A stretch of DNA of 32,000 bases, taken from assembly GCF_001598795.1 (NCBI RefSeq), contig NZ_BCZP01000012.1, positions 60,001 to 92,000 on the forward strand. Direction: 5' to 3'. Every line of letters begins with the position of its first letter. Position 1 is the stretch's first letter. The position numbers and the translations under genes were made by a program. Source of the stretch: Delftia acidovorans NBRC 14950. Its GTDB lineage: Bacteria; Pseudomonadota; Gammaproteobacteria; Burkholderiales; Burkholderiaceae_C. The notes beneath the pieces were generated by a model. That model was given only the letters and a program-made list of their open reading frames with translations. It was not told the origin of the DNA and made no database searches. This document shows positions 16,997 through 26,826 of this stretch, one piece after another.

Positions 16997-18832
16997 ATGA
17001 CAGTCAAGACCGTTTTCACACATGCCTGGCGCTGGCCGCTGGCGGGGGCCATTGCGGCCGCCGCCGTGGGCCTGGCCGCCTGCGGAGGGGGATCGTCGGG
17101 CATGCCCGCGCCCATGGGGCCGGGCCAGCAATCGGGCTACATCACCCTGCCGGACGGCAGCAGGATGCGCTACTCGCTGTTGCTGCCCGAGGGGCAGGGC
17201 CCGTTCCCGCTGCTGGTCGAGTACGACGGCTATATCTCGGGCTCGTACCCCAACATCAGCAGTCCCTGGACCAAGGAAGGCTATGCGGTCATGGGGCTGA
17301 ACGTGCCGGGCACGGGCTGCTCCACGGGGGATGACAAGGTGTTTGACGCCAGCGTAGGTGCGGCCGGTGCCTTTGCCATCGAATGGGCCGGGCGGCAGGC
17401 CTGGTCCAACGGCCGCATCGGCATGATCGGCTACTCGTACTCGGGCTACAACCAGCTGTGGGTGGCGGCACACCGGCCCAAGGGGCTGCTGGCGATCACG
17501 CCCAGCAAGAATGTGGGCGATCCCTACCGGGACGTGGGCTATCCGGGCGGCATTGCCAACATTGGCTTTCCGGCGCAGTGGTGGAACGGCTTCCCGCGCA
17601 TCTGGCGCACCGCCGCCGACCTGGCGGTGAAGAACGGTGGCGACACGGAATGCGCCAAGACCGTGGCCGACAACATCGAGAAGATCAAGCGGCCCGAGCT
17701 GGACCTGATCAAGTGGCTGGACAACCCCTATGCCGATGGCCTGTACCTGGAGCGCAGCGCCATGCTGCAAAGCGGCAAGATCAATATCCCCACGCTGGGC
17801 ACGCAGTCCTGGCAGGACGAGCAGATCGGCCCGCGCTCGGGCTACTACGAGGACACCATTGCGCCCGACAGGATGTGGCTGGTCAGCTCCAACGGCGACC
17901 ACCACACGAACATCACCTCGGACCATATCGACCAGACCTTGAAGCGCTTCCTGGCGCGCTTCGTCAAGGGCGAGGACAACGGCTTCGACAAGGAGCCGCG
18001 CGTGCGCCTGCTGCAGGAGATGCAGACCACGGACGCCAAGGCCCTCAATGGCGGCGCCAAGCTCATGCCCACGGGCGAGGCACGGTTTGACCGGCTGCCT
18101 GTCCAGGTCAAGCCCCTGCGCCTGTGGATGCAGCCGGGCCAGGCGCTGGGCGACAGCGCCCCCGCCTCAGGCACGGCTTCGTCCAGCTACCGCTATCCGG
18201 CCCTGAGCCCGCAGGTGAACAACCCGGCGGCCGAAGGCTGGCCCGCCGTGCCCGCGTCGGAAAAGGATGGCCAACTGGTCTTCACCACGGCGGCCCTGCC
18301 GCAGGACCTGAGCTTCTATGGCGAAGGCTCGGCCGACCTGTGGCTCAGCGCCACGGCCGCCAATACCGACATCCAGGTCACCGTGTCCGAGGTGCGGCCG
18401 GACGGGCAGGAAATGTTCGTGCAGCGCGGCTGGCTGCGTGCCTCCAAGCGTGCACTCGATGAGAGCCGATCCACGGCGCTGCGTCCCTGGGGTGCCTACA
18501 CACGGGACAAGGATGTGCCACTGGTTGCCGGCCAGCCCCAGTTGATGCGGGTGGAGATCCAGAAATTCGCGCATGTGTTCCGCGCCGGTTCAAGCATTCG
18601 CGTGACAGTGGATTCGCCATCGCAGACTGGATACTGGATCTTCGGCAACGACAAGACGCCGTCCACGAACACGCTGTGGCATGACGCGGCGCATGCCTCC
18701 AGCATCGTCCTAGGGTATATCCCATACGAGCATGCGAAGACGCTGCCGAGTTGCGACAAGACAATGCGTCAACCATGCCGGAAAAACGATGCGCCTGTCC
18801 CTGCCGGGATCGGACCCAGGGCGCCGGCCTGA
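16997..18832 (+). CDS. Lipoprotein CocE/NonD-family (peptidase S15-like) alpha/beta hydrolase
   Basis: ATG at 16997 with an AAGGAGA SD sequence. Lipobox GLAAC followed by GGGSSG. The nucleophile elbow GMIGYSYSGYNQ is comparable with GVSYLG of cocaine esterase. It is ~610 aa with a C-terminal beta-rich region, as in the family. Confidence 0.78.
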   Translation: MTVKTVFTHAWRWPLAGAIAAAAVGLAACGGGSSGMPAPMGPGQQSGYITLPDGSRMRYSLLLPEGQGPFPLLVEYDGYISGSYPNISSPWTKEGYAVMGLNVPGTGCSTGDDKVFDASVGAAGAFAIEWAGRQAWSNGRIGMIGYSYSGYNQLWVAAHRPKGLLAITPSKNVGDPYRDVGYPGGIANIGFPAQWWNGFPRIWRTAADLAVKNGGDTECAKTVADNIEKIKRPELDLIKWLDNPYADGLYLERSAMLQSGKINIPTLGTQSWQDEQIGPRSGYYEDTIAPDRMWLVSSNGDHHTNITSDHIDQTLKRFLARFVKGEDNGFDKEPRVRLLQEMQTTDAKALNGGAKLMPTGEARFDRLPVQVKPLRLWMQPGQALGDSAPASGTASSSYRYPALSPQVNNPAAEGWPAVPASEKDGQLVFTTAALPQDLSFYGEGSADLWLSATAANTDIQVTVSEVRPDGQEMFVQRGWLRASKRALDESRSTALRPWGAYTRDKDVPLVAGQPQLMRVEIQKFAHVFRAGSSIRVTVDSPSQTGYWIFGNDKTPSTNTLWHDAAHASSIVLGYIPYEHAKTLPSCDKTMRQPCRKNDAPVPAGIGPRAPA

Positions 18833-18943
18833 GCCACCCTCCATGCGGGCAGCGGCATCGCGCACCAGGGCCTTGGCCTTGCGCGAATCCGCGGTCCGCA
18901 GTTCACGACGTTCACCAAGTTCAATCACCTTAGGAGCCTATAG

Positions 18944-20581
<1,638 letters not shown>

Positions 20582-20750
20582 GCCGTTGCGGGCGGCCACC
20601 GGGCCAGGGCATGCGGGGGCATGGCCTGGCCGGGGCGGCCGGTCCGAGTCTCGTCGGCGATAGCCGCTAGGGGCAATCACCGATCAGGGCAGGGCACAGG
20701 GGCCATTACCCTGGGCCTCGCCCAGAAACCACCACAAGAGGAGACGCTTC

Positions 20751-21986
20751 ATGAAGTTTGCGATCAAGGCATTGACGGCATCCCTGGCCCTGGCTTGCGC
20801 CACGGGCGCCATGGCCCAGAAGGGCGAGACGGTGAAGGTTGCGTGGATCGACCCGCTGTCCGGCCTCATGGCCGCGCTGGGGTCCAACCAGCTCAAGAGC
20901 CTGCAGTACATCGCCGAGGAGCTCAACAAGGGCACGGCCTCGGGCGTGAAGTTCGAAATCATCGGCATCGACAACAAGCTCAGCCCGCAGGAAACCACGG
21001 CGGCCCTGCGCTCGGCCATGGACCAGGGCGTGCGCTACGTCTTCCAGGGCAACGGCTCGGGCCCGGCCCTGGCCATCATGGATGCGCTGGAAAAGCACAA
21101 CGCGCGCAACAAGGGCAAGGAAGTCGTCTACCTCAACTACGCTGCCGTGGACCCGGACCTGACCAACAGCAAGTGCAGCTACTGGCACTTCCGCCTGGAT
21201 GCCGACACCTCCATGAAGATGGAGGCCTTGACCACGTACATGAAGGACGTGCCCGAGGTCAAGAAGGTCTACCTGATCAACCAGAACTACTCGCACGGCC
21301 AGCAGGTCTCCAAATACGCCAAGGAGATGCTCAAGCGCAAGCGCCCCGATGTGGAGATCGTGGGCGACGACTTCTCGCCGCTGGCCCAGGTGCGCGACTT
21401 CGCACCCTACATCGCCAAGATCAAGCAGTCGGGTGCCGACTCGGTGATCACGGGCAACTGGGGCTCGGACCTGGCGCTGCTGATCAAGGCCGCCAGCGAT
21501 GCAGGCCTGAACAACGTCAAGTTCTACACCTACTACGCCATCGCCACCGGCGCGCCCACGGCCATGGGCGCGGCCGCCGCCGACAAGGTCTACATGGTGG
21601 GCTACGGCCACATGAACCTGCCCGGCCCGCTGGACCGCATCACCAAGGGCTACAAGGCCAAGTTCAACGACGACATGTACACGGGCTCGCTGTACTCGGG
21701 CCTGACCATGCTGGACCAGGCCTTCCTGCGCGCCAAGACCACGGACCCGGCCAAGGTGGCGGCCACCATGGAAGGCATGAAGTTCAACAGCCTCAACGGC
21801 GAAGTGGAGATGCGCAAGAGCGACCACCAGCTGCAGCAGGGCCTGTTCATCGCGCGCTGGGAAAAGGCGGGCGGCAAGTACCCGATGGACTCGGAGAACA
21901 CCGGCTACACCTTCGTACCCGTGAAGTACTACGAGCCCTATGTGGCCAGCACGCCGACTTCTTGTGAGATGAAGCGTCCCTCCTGA
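20751..21986 (+). CDS. ABC transporter substrate-binding protein, LivK/HAAT family (paralogue 1)
   Basis: GAGGAGA SD sequence. Signal peptide ..CATGAMA|QKGE. Type-I periplasmic binding fold pattern: VKVAWIDPLSG, VKFEIIGIDNKLSP, VYLINQNYSHGQ, ADSVITGNWGSDL. Confidence 0.9.
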   Translation: MKFAIKALTASLALACATGAMAQKGETVKVAWIDPLSGLMAALGSNQLKSLQYIAEELNKGTASGVKFEIIGIDNKLSPQETTAALRSAMDQGVRYVFQGNGSGPALAIMDALEKHNARNKGKEVVYLNYAAVDPDLTNSKCSYWHFRLDADTSMKMEALTTYMKDVPEVKKVYLINQNYSHGQQVSKYAKEMLKRKRPDVEIVGDDFSPLAQVRDFAPYIAKIKQSGADSVITGNWGSDLALLIKAASDAGLNNVKFYTYYAIATGAPTAMGAAAADKVYMVGYGHMNLPGPLDRITKGYKAKFNDDMYTGSLYSGLTMLDQAFLRAKTTDPAKVAATMEGMKFNSLNGEVEMRKSDHQLQQGLFIARWEKAGGKYPMDSENTGYTFVPVKYYEPYVASTPTSCEMKRPS

Positions 21987-21994
21987 AATGAAAA

Positions 21995-22090
21995 GCCACC
22001 CCCTGAGCGGCTGCGCCGCTTCCCCCTCTCTCGCTTCGCGGGAGGGGGACGGCACCCTCGGTGCGGGGCGGCCCTTCCTCGGTGCCTCAT
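21995..22090. repeat. GC-rich nested-palindrome (REP-like) intergenic element
   Basis: TCCCCCTC (22021-22028) pairs with GAGGGGGA (22042-22049). There are also GCACC-ctc-GGTGC, GGCACC..GGTGCC, and the direct repeat CCTCGGTGC twice. Genome copy number cannot be judged from one window. Confidence 0.35.
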
Positions 22091-22162
22091 CGTTGCGACA
22101 GGCCTGTTTCTGGCTGATCGCCATGGCTCATTGATATACGGGAGAACGCATGACTTCGCAAA

Positions 22163-22186
22163 GGGGCGCGAGGCGCCCCTTTTTTT
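22163..22186 (+). terminator. Intrinsic terminator between the two binding-protein genes
   Basis: GGGGCGC, loop gag, GCGCCCC, followed by T7 (22180-22186). It lies 177 nt after the paralogue-1 stop and is followed by the small hairpin GCCTGA-aa-TCAGGC. Confidence 0.85.
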
Positions 22187-22374
22187 GCCTGAAATCAGGC
22201 AAAACACGGTTTTCTGGCCTGATCGATGGCGATCTGTCGCCAATGTGTCCAGGGCCGCAGCCAAGTCGCATGCGCGATAGTTTCTAAGGCATTCCCCAGA
22301 GGGAAATTGTCATTCAGGCGTTAGTCTGGCGCCAATACAGATATCCGAATCAACCGGAAAAAGGAGACAGAAAA

Positions 22375-23610
22375 ATGAAGTGGATCGTGCATTCGGTGGC
22401 CGCCTCGGCCATGTTGGCCTGTGCATCGGGCGCCTGGGCGCAAAAGGGCGAGACGGTGAAGATCGGCTGGATCGATCCGCTGTCGGGTCTGATGGCCGCC
22501 GTGGGCACGAACCAGCTCAAGACCTTCCAGCTGATGGCCGAGGAGTTCAACAGGAAAAATGCCTCGGGCGTGAAGTTCGAGATCATCCCGCTGGACAACA
22601 AGCTCAGCCCGCAGGAGACCACGGCTGTGCTGCGCTCGGCCATGGACCAGGGCGCACGCTACGTGGTGCAGGGCAACGGCTCGGGCCCGGCCCTGGCCAT
22701 CATGGATGCGCTGGAAAAGCACAACGCACGCAACAAGGGCAAGGAGGTGGTCTACCTCAACTATGCGGCCGTGGACCCGGACCTCACCAACAGCAAGTGC
22801 AGCTACTGGCACTTCCGCCTGGATGCCGACACCTCCATGAAGATGGAGGCCTTGACCACGTACATGAAGGACGTGCCGGAGGTCAAGAAGGTCTACCTGA
22901 TCAACCAGAACTACTCGCACGGCCAGCAGGTCTCCAAGTACGCCAAGGAAATGCTCAAGGCCAAGAGGCCCGACGTGCAGGTGGTGGGCGACGACTTCGC
23001 GCCCCTGGCCCAGGTGCGCGACTTCGCTCCCTACATCGCCAAGATCAAGCAATCGGGGGCCGACACGGTGATCACGGGCAACTGGGGCTCGGACCTGTCG
23101 CTGCTGCTCAAGGCGGCCAACGACGCGGGCCTGAACAACGTCAAGTTCTATACCTACTACGCCTTCGGCTCGGGCTCGCCCACGGCCATGGGCGCGGCCT
23201 CCGACGGCAAGGTCTACACCGTGGGCTATGGCCACTACAACATGGGCGGCCCCATCCAGCCGCTGATGGCCGAGTTCAAGAAGAAGATGAACGACGACCT
23301 CACGCAAAGCTCGATCTACCACGTGTTCGCGCTGCTGGACGCGGCCTTCGTCAAGACCGGCGGCACGGACCCCGTGAAGGTGGCGGCCGCGCTGGAGGGC
23401 ATGAAGCTCAAGAGCTTCAACGGCGAAGTGGAGATGCGCAAGAGCGACCACCAGCTGCAGCAGGGCCTGTACATCACGCGCTGGGAAAAGGCCGGCGGCA
23501 AGAGCCCGTATGACGCCGAGAACACGGGCTACACCTTCGCCCCGGTGAAGTACTACGAGCCCTACGTGGCCAGCACGCCCACCTCCTGCCAGATGAAGCG
23601 CCCGTCCTGA
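22375..23610 (+). CDS. ABC transporter substrate-binding protein, LivK/HAAT family (paralogue 2)
   Basis: AAGGAGA SD sequence. It is 411 aa and collinear without indels with paralogue 1. Signal peptide ..CASGAWA|QKGE. Confidence 0.9.
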   Translation: MKWIVHSVAASAMLACASGAWAQKGETVKIGWIDPLSGLMAAVGTNQLKTFQLMAEEFNRKNASGVKFEIIPLDNKLSPQETTAVLRSAMDQGARYVVQGNGSGPALAIMDALEKHNARNKGKEVVYLNYAAVDPDLTNSKCSYWHFRLDADTSMKMEALTTYMKDVPEVKKVYLINQNYSHGQQVSKYAKEMLKAKRPDVQVVGDDFAPLAQVRDFAPYIAKIKQSGADTVITGNWGSDLSLLLKAANDAGLNNVKFYTYYAFGSGSPTAMGAASDGKVYTVGYGHYNMGGPIQPLMAEFKKKMNDDLTQSSIYHVFALLDAAFVKTGGTDPVKVAAALEGMKLKSFNGEVEMRKSDHQLQQGLYITRWEKAGGKSPYDAENTGYTFAPVKYYEPYVASTPTSCQMKRPS

Positions 23611-23662
23611 GAGCGGTCCGCACCGCTTCCTGTTCCCAACGCACCGAGACCAAGGCCTTTCG

Positions 23663-24616
23663 ATGACGCTTGAGTTCTTCACCATATCGCTGCTCAACGG
23701 CGTGAGCTATGGACTGCTGCTGTTCATGCTCAGCTCGGGGCTGACGCTGATCTTCAGCATGATGGGCGTGCTCAACTTCGCCCACACCAGCTTCTACATG
23801 CTGGGCGCGTACTTCGGCTACACGCTCAGCGGCATCATCGGCTTCTGGGGCGCGCTGTTCGTCGCGCCCCTGCTGGTGGGCGCACTGGGCGCCATGTTCG
23901 AGCGCTACAGCCTGCGCCGCGTGCACAAGTACGGCCATGTGCCCGAACTGCTCGTGACCTTCGGCCTGTCCTATCTCATCCTCGAGGTGGTGCAGCTGGT
24001 CTGGGGCCGGGGCACCGTGCCCTACGGACTGCCGCCCGCGCTGCAGGGCCCCCTGTTCACGCTGTACGGCACGCAGTTCCCGCGCTCGCGCTCCTTCGTG
24101 ATGCTGCTGGCGCTGCTGATGCTGGTGGCCGTCTGGCTGCTGCTGACGCGCACGCGCATCGGCCTGGTCATCCAGGCCGCGCTCAAGAACCCCGAGATGG
24201 TGGAGGCGCTGGGCCACAACGTGCCGCGCGTGTTCATGATGGTGTTCGGCGGCGGCTGCGCGCTGGCGGGGCTGGCCGGCGTCATCGGCGGCAACACCTA
24301 TGTGACCGAGCCGGCCATGGCCATGTCGGTCGGCTCCATCATCTTCGTGGTGGTGGTGGTCGGCGGCATGGGCTCGCTGGCGGGGGCCTTCGTGGCCTCG
24401 CTGCTGATCGGCGTCGTGCAGACCTTTGCCGTGGCCATCGACTGGTCGCTGGCCAGCCTGCTGACCTCGCTGGGCAGCCCGGTCGGCGAGCAGACCTTTG
24501 GCTGGCCGCTGCTCAAGCTCACCATCTCCCAGGTCGCGCCCATCCTGCCCTACCTGTTCCTGGTGCTGATCCTCATCTTCCGGCCCAAGGGCCTCCTGGG
24601 CACGCGGGGAGATTGA
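23663..24616 (+). CDS. ABC transporter permease, LivH family
   Basis: Polytopic membrane protein. LLNGVSYGLLLFMLSSGLTLIFSMMGVLNFAH is a typical LivH N-terminus, and it ends ..ILIFRPKGLLG. Confidence 0.9.
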   Translation: MTLEFFTISLLNGVSYGLLLFMLSSGLTLIFSMMGVLNFAHTSFYMLGAYFGYTLSGIIGFWGALFVAPLLVGALGAMFERYSLRRVHKYGHVPELLVTFGLSYLILEVVQLVWGRGTVPYGLPPALQGPLFTLYGTQFPRSRSFVMLLALLMLVAVWLLLTRTRIGLVIQAALKNPEMVEALGHNVPRVFMMVFGGGCALAGLAGVIGGNTYVTEPAMAMSVGSIIFVVVVVGGMGSLAGAFVASLLIGVVQTFAVAIDWSLASLLTSLGSPVGEQTFGWPLLKLTISQVAPILPYLFLVLILIFRPKGLLGTRGD

Positions 24617-24620
24617 CACC

Positions 24621-25985
24621 ATGTCCTCGATCACCAAAACGACCATGACATCCACTGCCGCAAAAGGCGTTCCGGGCGCTTCGGGGGCTGCGGGCGCAGG
24701 GCGCCACTACAGCTTCCAGCCGCTCAACATCGGCCGCATCCTGATCTGGGGCGCCTTCGCCCTGGCGCTGATCGTCGCGCCGCTGGTGTTCACCAGCAGC
24801 CTGGCGCTGACCATGCTCAGCCAGATCGGCTATCTCATCATCATCTGCCTGTCCTACAACATCCTGCTGGGGCAGGGCGGCATGCTGAGCTTCGGCCATG
24901 CGGTCTACACGGGGCTGGGCTCGTTCATCGCCATCCATGCGATGAACCGGGCCAGCTCCGGCGACTGGGGCATTCCGCTGGTGCTGATTCCCATCATCGG
25001 CGGCCTGGGCGGCATGTTCTTCGCGGCCCTGCTGGGCTATGTGACCACCAAGAAGTCGGGCACCACCTTCGCCATGATCACCATGGGCATCGGCGAGCTG
25101 GTGGCGTCCATGGCGCTGATGTTCCCCGAGTTCTTCGGGGGCGAGGGCGGCATCACCACCGACCGCGTCTATGGCAAGCCCTTCTTCGGGCTGACCTTCG
25201 GCTCGGGCATGGAGGTGTACTACCTGATCGCCGCCTACTGCTTCATCTGCACGGCCGCCATGTTCGCCTTCACGGGCACGCCGCTGGGGCGCATGCTCAA
25301 CGCCGTGCGCGACAACCCCGAGCGCGTGGAGTTCGTTGGCTACAACACGCAGCGCGTGCGCTACTTCTCCTTCATCATCGCGGGCTTCTTCGCAGGCGTG
25401 GGCGGGGGGCTTGCAGCCATCAACTTCGAGATCATCACGGCCATGGACAGCGTGAGCGTCATGCGCTCGGGATCGTACCTGCTGTTCACCTTCCTGGGTG
25501 GCGCCACCTTCTTCTTCGGGCCCATCATCGGCGCCGTGCTGCTGGTGCTGGCCTCGGTGCTGCTGTCGGAGCTGACCAAGGCCTGGCTGCTGTACCTGGG
25601 CCTGGTGTTCCTGCTGATGGTGATGTACGCACCGGGCGGCGTTGCCAGCCTGATCATGATGAACCTGCGCGTGGCGCGCTTCGGCAAGTGGCGCCGGCTG
25701 GCCCAGCCCTACCTGGCCATCGCGGCCAGCGCCCTGGTCATGATCGTGGGCGGCGCGGCCATCGTCGAGATGATCTACCACCTGCAGCTCAATGCGGCCC
25801 TGGGTCCCCAGGTCTCGTTCATGGGCGTGCAGCTCGATACCAGCTCGGCATCGACCTGGACCGTGGCCGTTGCCATCTTCGTGGTGGGCCTGGGCCTGCT
25901 GGAAGTGGCCAGGCGCTGGTGCCTGCGCCGCTGGGAGCGCATCCAGGAAGAAATCGAAGAAGCCATCAAGCGCGGGGAGGGTTGA
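24621..25985 (+). CDS. ABC transporter permease, LivM family (with C-terminal extension)
   Basis: Polytopic. Motifs: NILLGQGGMLSFGHAVYTGLG, LNAVRDNPERVEFVGYN. It starts 4 nt after the LivH-type stop. Confidence 0.9.
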   Translation: MSSITKTTMTSTAAKGVPGASGAAGAGRHYSFQPLNIGRILIWGAFALALIVAPLVFTSSLALTMLSQIGYLIIICLSYNILLGQGGMLSFGHAVYTGLGSFIAIHAMNRASSGDWGIPLVLIPIIGGLGGMFFAALLGYVTTKKSGTTFAMITMGIGELVASMALMFPEFFGGEGGITTDRVYGKPFFGLTFGSGMEVYYLIAAYCFICTAAMFAFTGTPLGRMLNAVRDNPERVEFVGYNTQRVRYFSFIIAGFFAGVGGGLAAINFEIITAMDSVSVMRSGSYLLFTFLGGATFFFGPIIGAVLLVLASVLLSELTKAWLLYLGLVFLLMVMYAPGGVASLIMMNLRVARFGKWRRLAQPYLAIAASALVMIVGGAAIVEMIYHLQLNAALGPQVSFMGVQLDTSSASTWTVAVAIFVVGLGLLEVARRWCLRRWERIQEEIEEAIKRGEG

Positions 25986-25988
25986 ACC

Positions 25989-26816
25989 ATGTCCAGCATT
26001 GCAATCGAACGTCCGGGCACCGCGGCCGCCGCCGTGGCTGGCGAGGCCACCTATGCGCTGGAGCTGCGCGACCTGTACAAGCGCTTCGGCAAGGCCGAGA
26101 TCATCCGTGGCGCCCAGCTGGCCGTGAAGCCGGGCGAGCGCGTGGCCATCATCGGCCCCAACGGCGCGGGCAAGAGCACGCTGTTCAACCTGATCAGTGG
26201 CCGCTTCGAGCCCACCAGCGGGCAGGTGCTGCTCAACGGCCAGCGCATCGACGGCAAGAAGCCCTATGAAATCAACCGGATGGGGCTGTCGCGCAGCTTT
26301 CAGATCACCAACATCTTTCCCAAGCTCAGCGTGTTCGAGAACCTGCGCTGCAGCGTGCTGTGGAGCCTGGGCTACCGCTACAGCTGCTGGCGCTTCCTGT
26401 CGAAGCTGCGCGACGCCAACGCCCGCGCCGATGAGCTGATGGAGATGATCGGCCTGCACAGAAAGCGCGACACGCTGGCGGTGAACCTGACCTATGCCGA
26501 GCAGCGTGCGCTGGAGATCGGCATCACCATCGGCGGCGGCGCTGGCGTCATCCTGCTGGACGAACCCACGGCCGGCATGAGCAACAGCGAAACGGCCCAC
26601 TTCATCCAACTGATCAAGAAGGTCACCGAAGGCAAGACCCTGCTGACCGTGGAGCACGACATGGGCGTGGTCTTCGGCCTGGCCGACAAGATCGCCGTCG
26701 TGGTCTACGGCGAAGTCATCGCCTACGACACGCCCGAGGCCGTGCGTGCCAATCCGCGCGTGCAGGAGGCCTATCTGGGCTCGTCTGTGGCGGATCAACA
26801 AGCTGGCGCACATTGA
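25989..26816 (+). CDS. ABC transporter ATP-binding protein, LivG family
   Basis: Walker A GPNGAGKST, LivG-type signature LTYAEQRALEIG, Walker B ILLDEPTAGM, and a C-terminal RVQEAYLG. Confidence 0.93.
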   Translation: MSSIAIERPGTAAAAVAGEATYALELRDLYKRFGKAEIIRGAQLAVKPGERVAIIGPNGAGKSTLFNLISGRFEPTSGQVLLNGQRIDGKKPYEINRMGLSRSFQITNIFPKLSVFENLRCSVLWSLGYRYSCWRFLSKLRDANARADELMEMIGLHRKRDTLAVNLTYAEQRALEIGITIGGGAGVILLDEPTAGMSNSETAHFIQLIKKVTEGKTLLTVEHDMGVVFGLADKIAVVVYGEVIAYDTPEAVRANPRVQEAYLGSSVADQQAGAH

Positions 26817-26826
26817 GGGAGCACGG

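Noticed and set aside
15245-17926. 893-aa ORF on the minus strand
   Set aside because: It is antisense to the carboxylesterase and CocE/NonD genes, both of which have clear catalytic motifs, SD sequences and lipoboxes. It has shadow-frame composition.
22150-22287. 45-codon ORF (MTSQRGARRPFFCLKSGK...) with a GGGAGA SD-like sequence 4 nt upstream, lying in the spacer between the binding-protein genes
   Set aside because: It reads straight through the strong intrinsic terminator hairpin and T-tract. It has no recognisable features and is below the ORF-track threshold, so it is most likely non-coding. A leader-peptide role cannot be excluded but is unsupported.
20621-23697. Alternate-frame and antisense ORFs over both binding-protein genes (20621-21967, 20706-22124, 22321-23697, 22380-23513)
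   Set aside because: They appear twice only because the underlying binding-protein genes are duplicated. Their composition is shadow-like, and the true frames have signal peptides and SD sequences.
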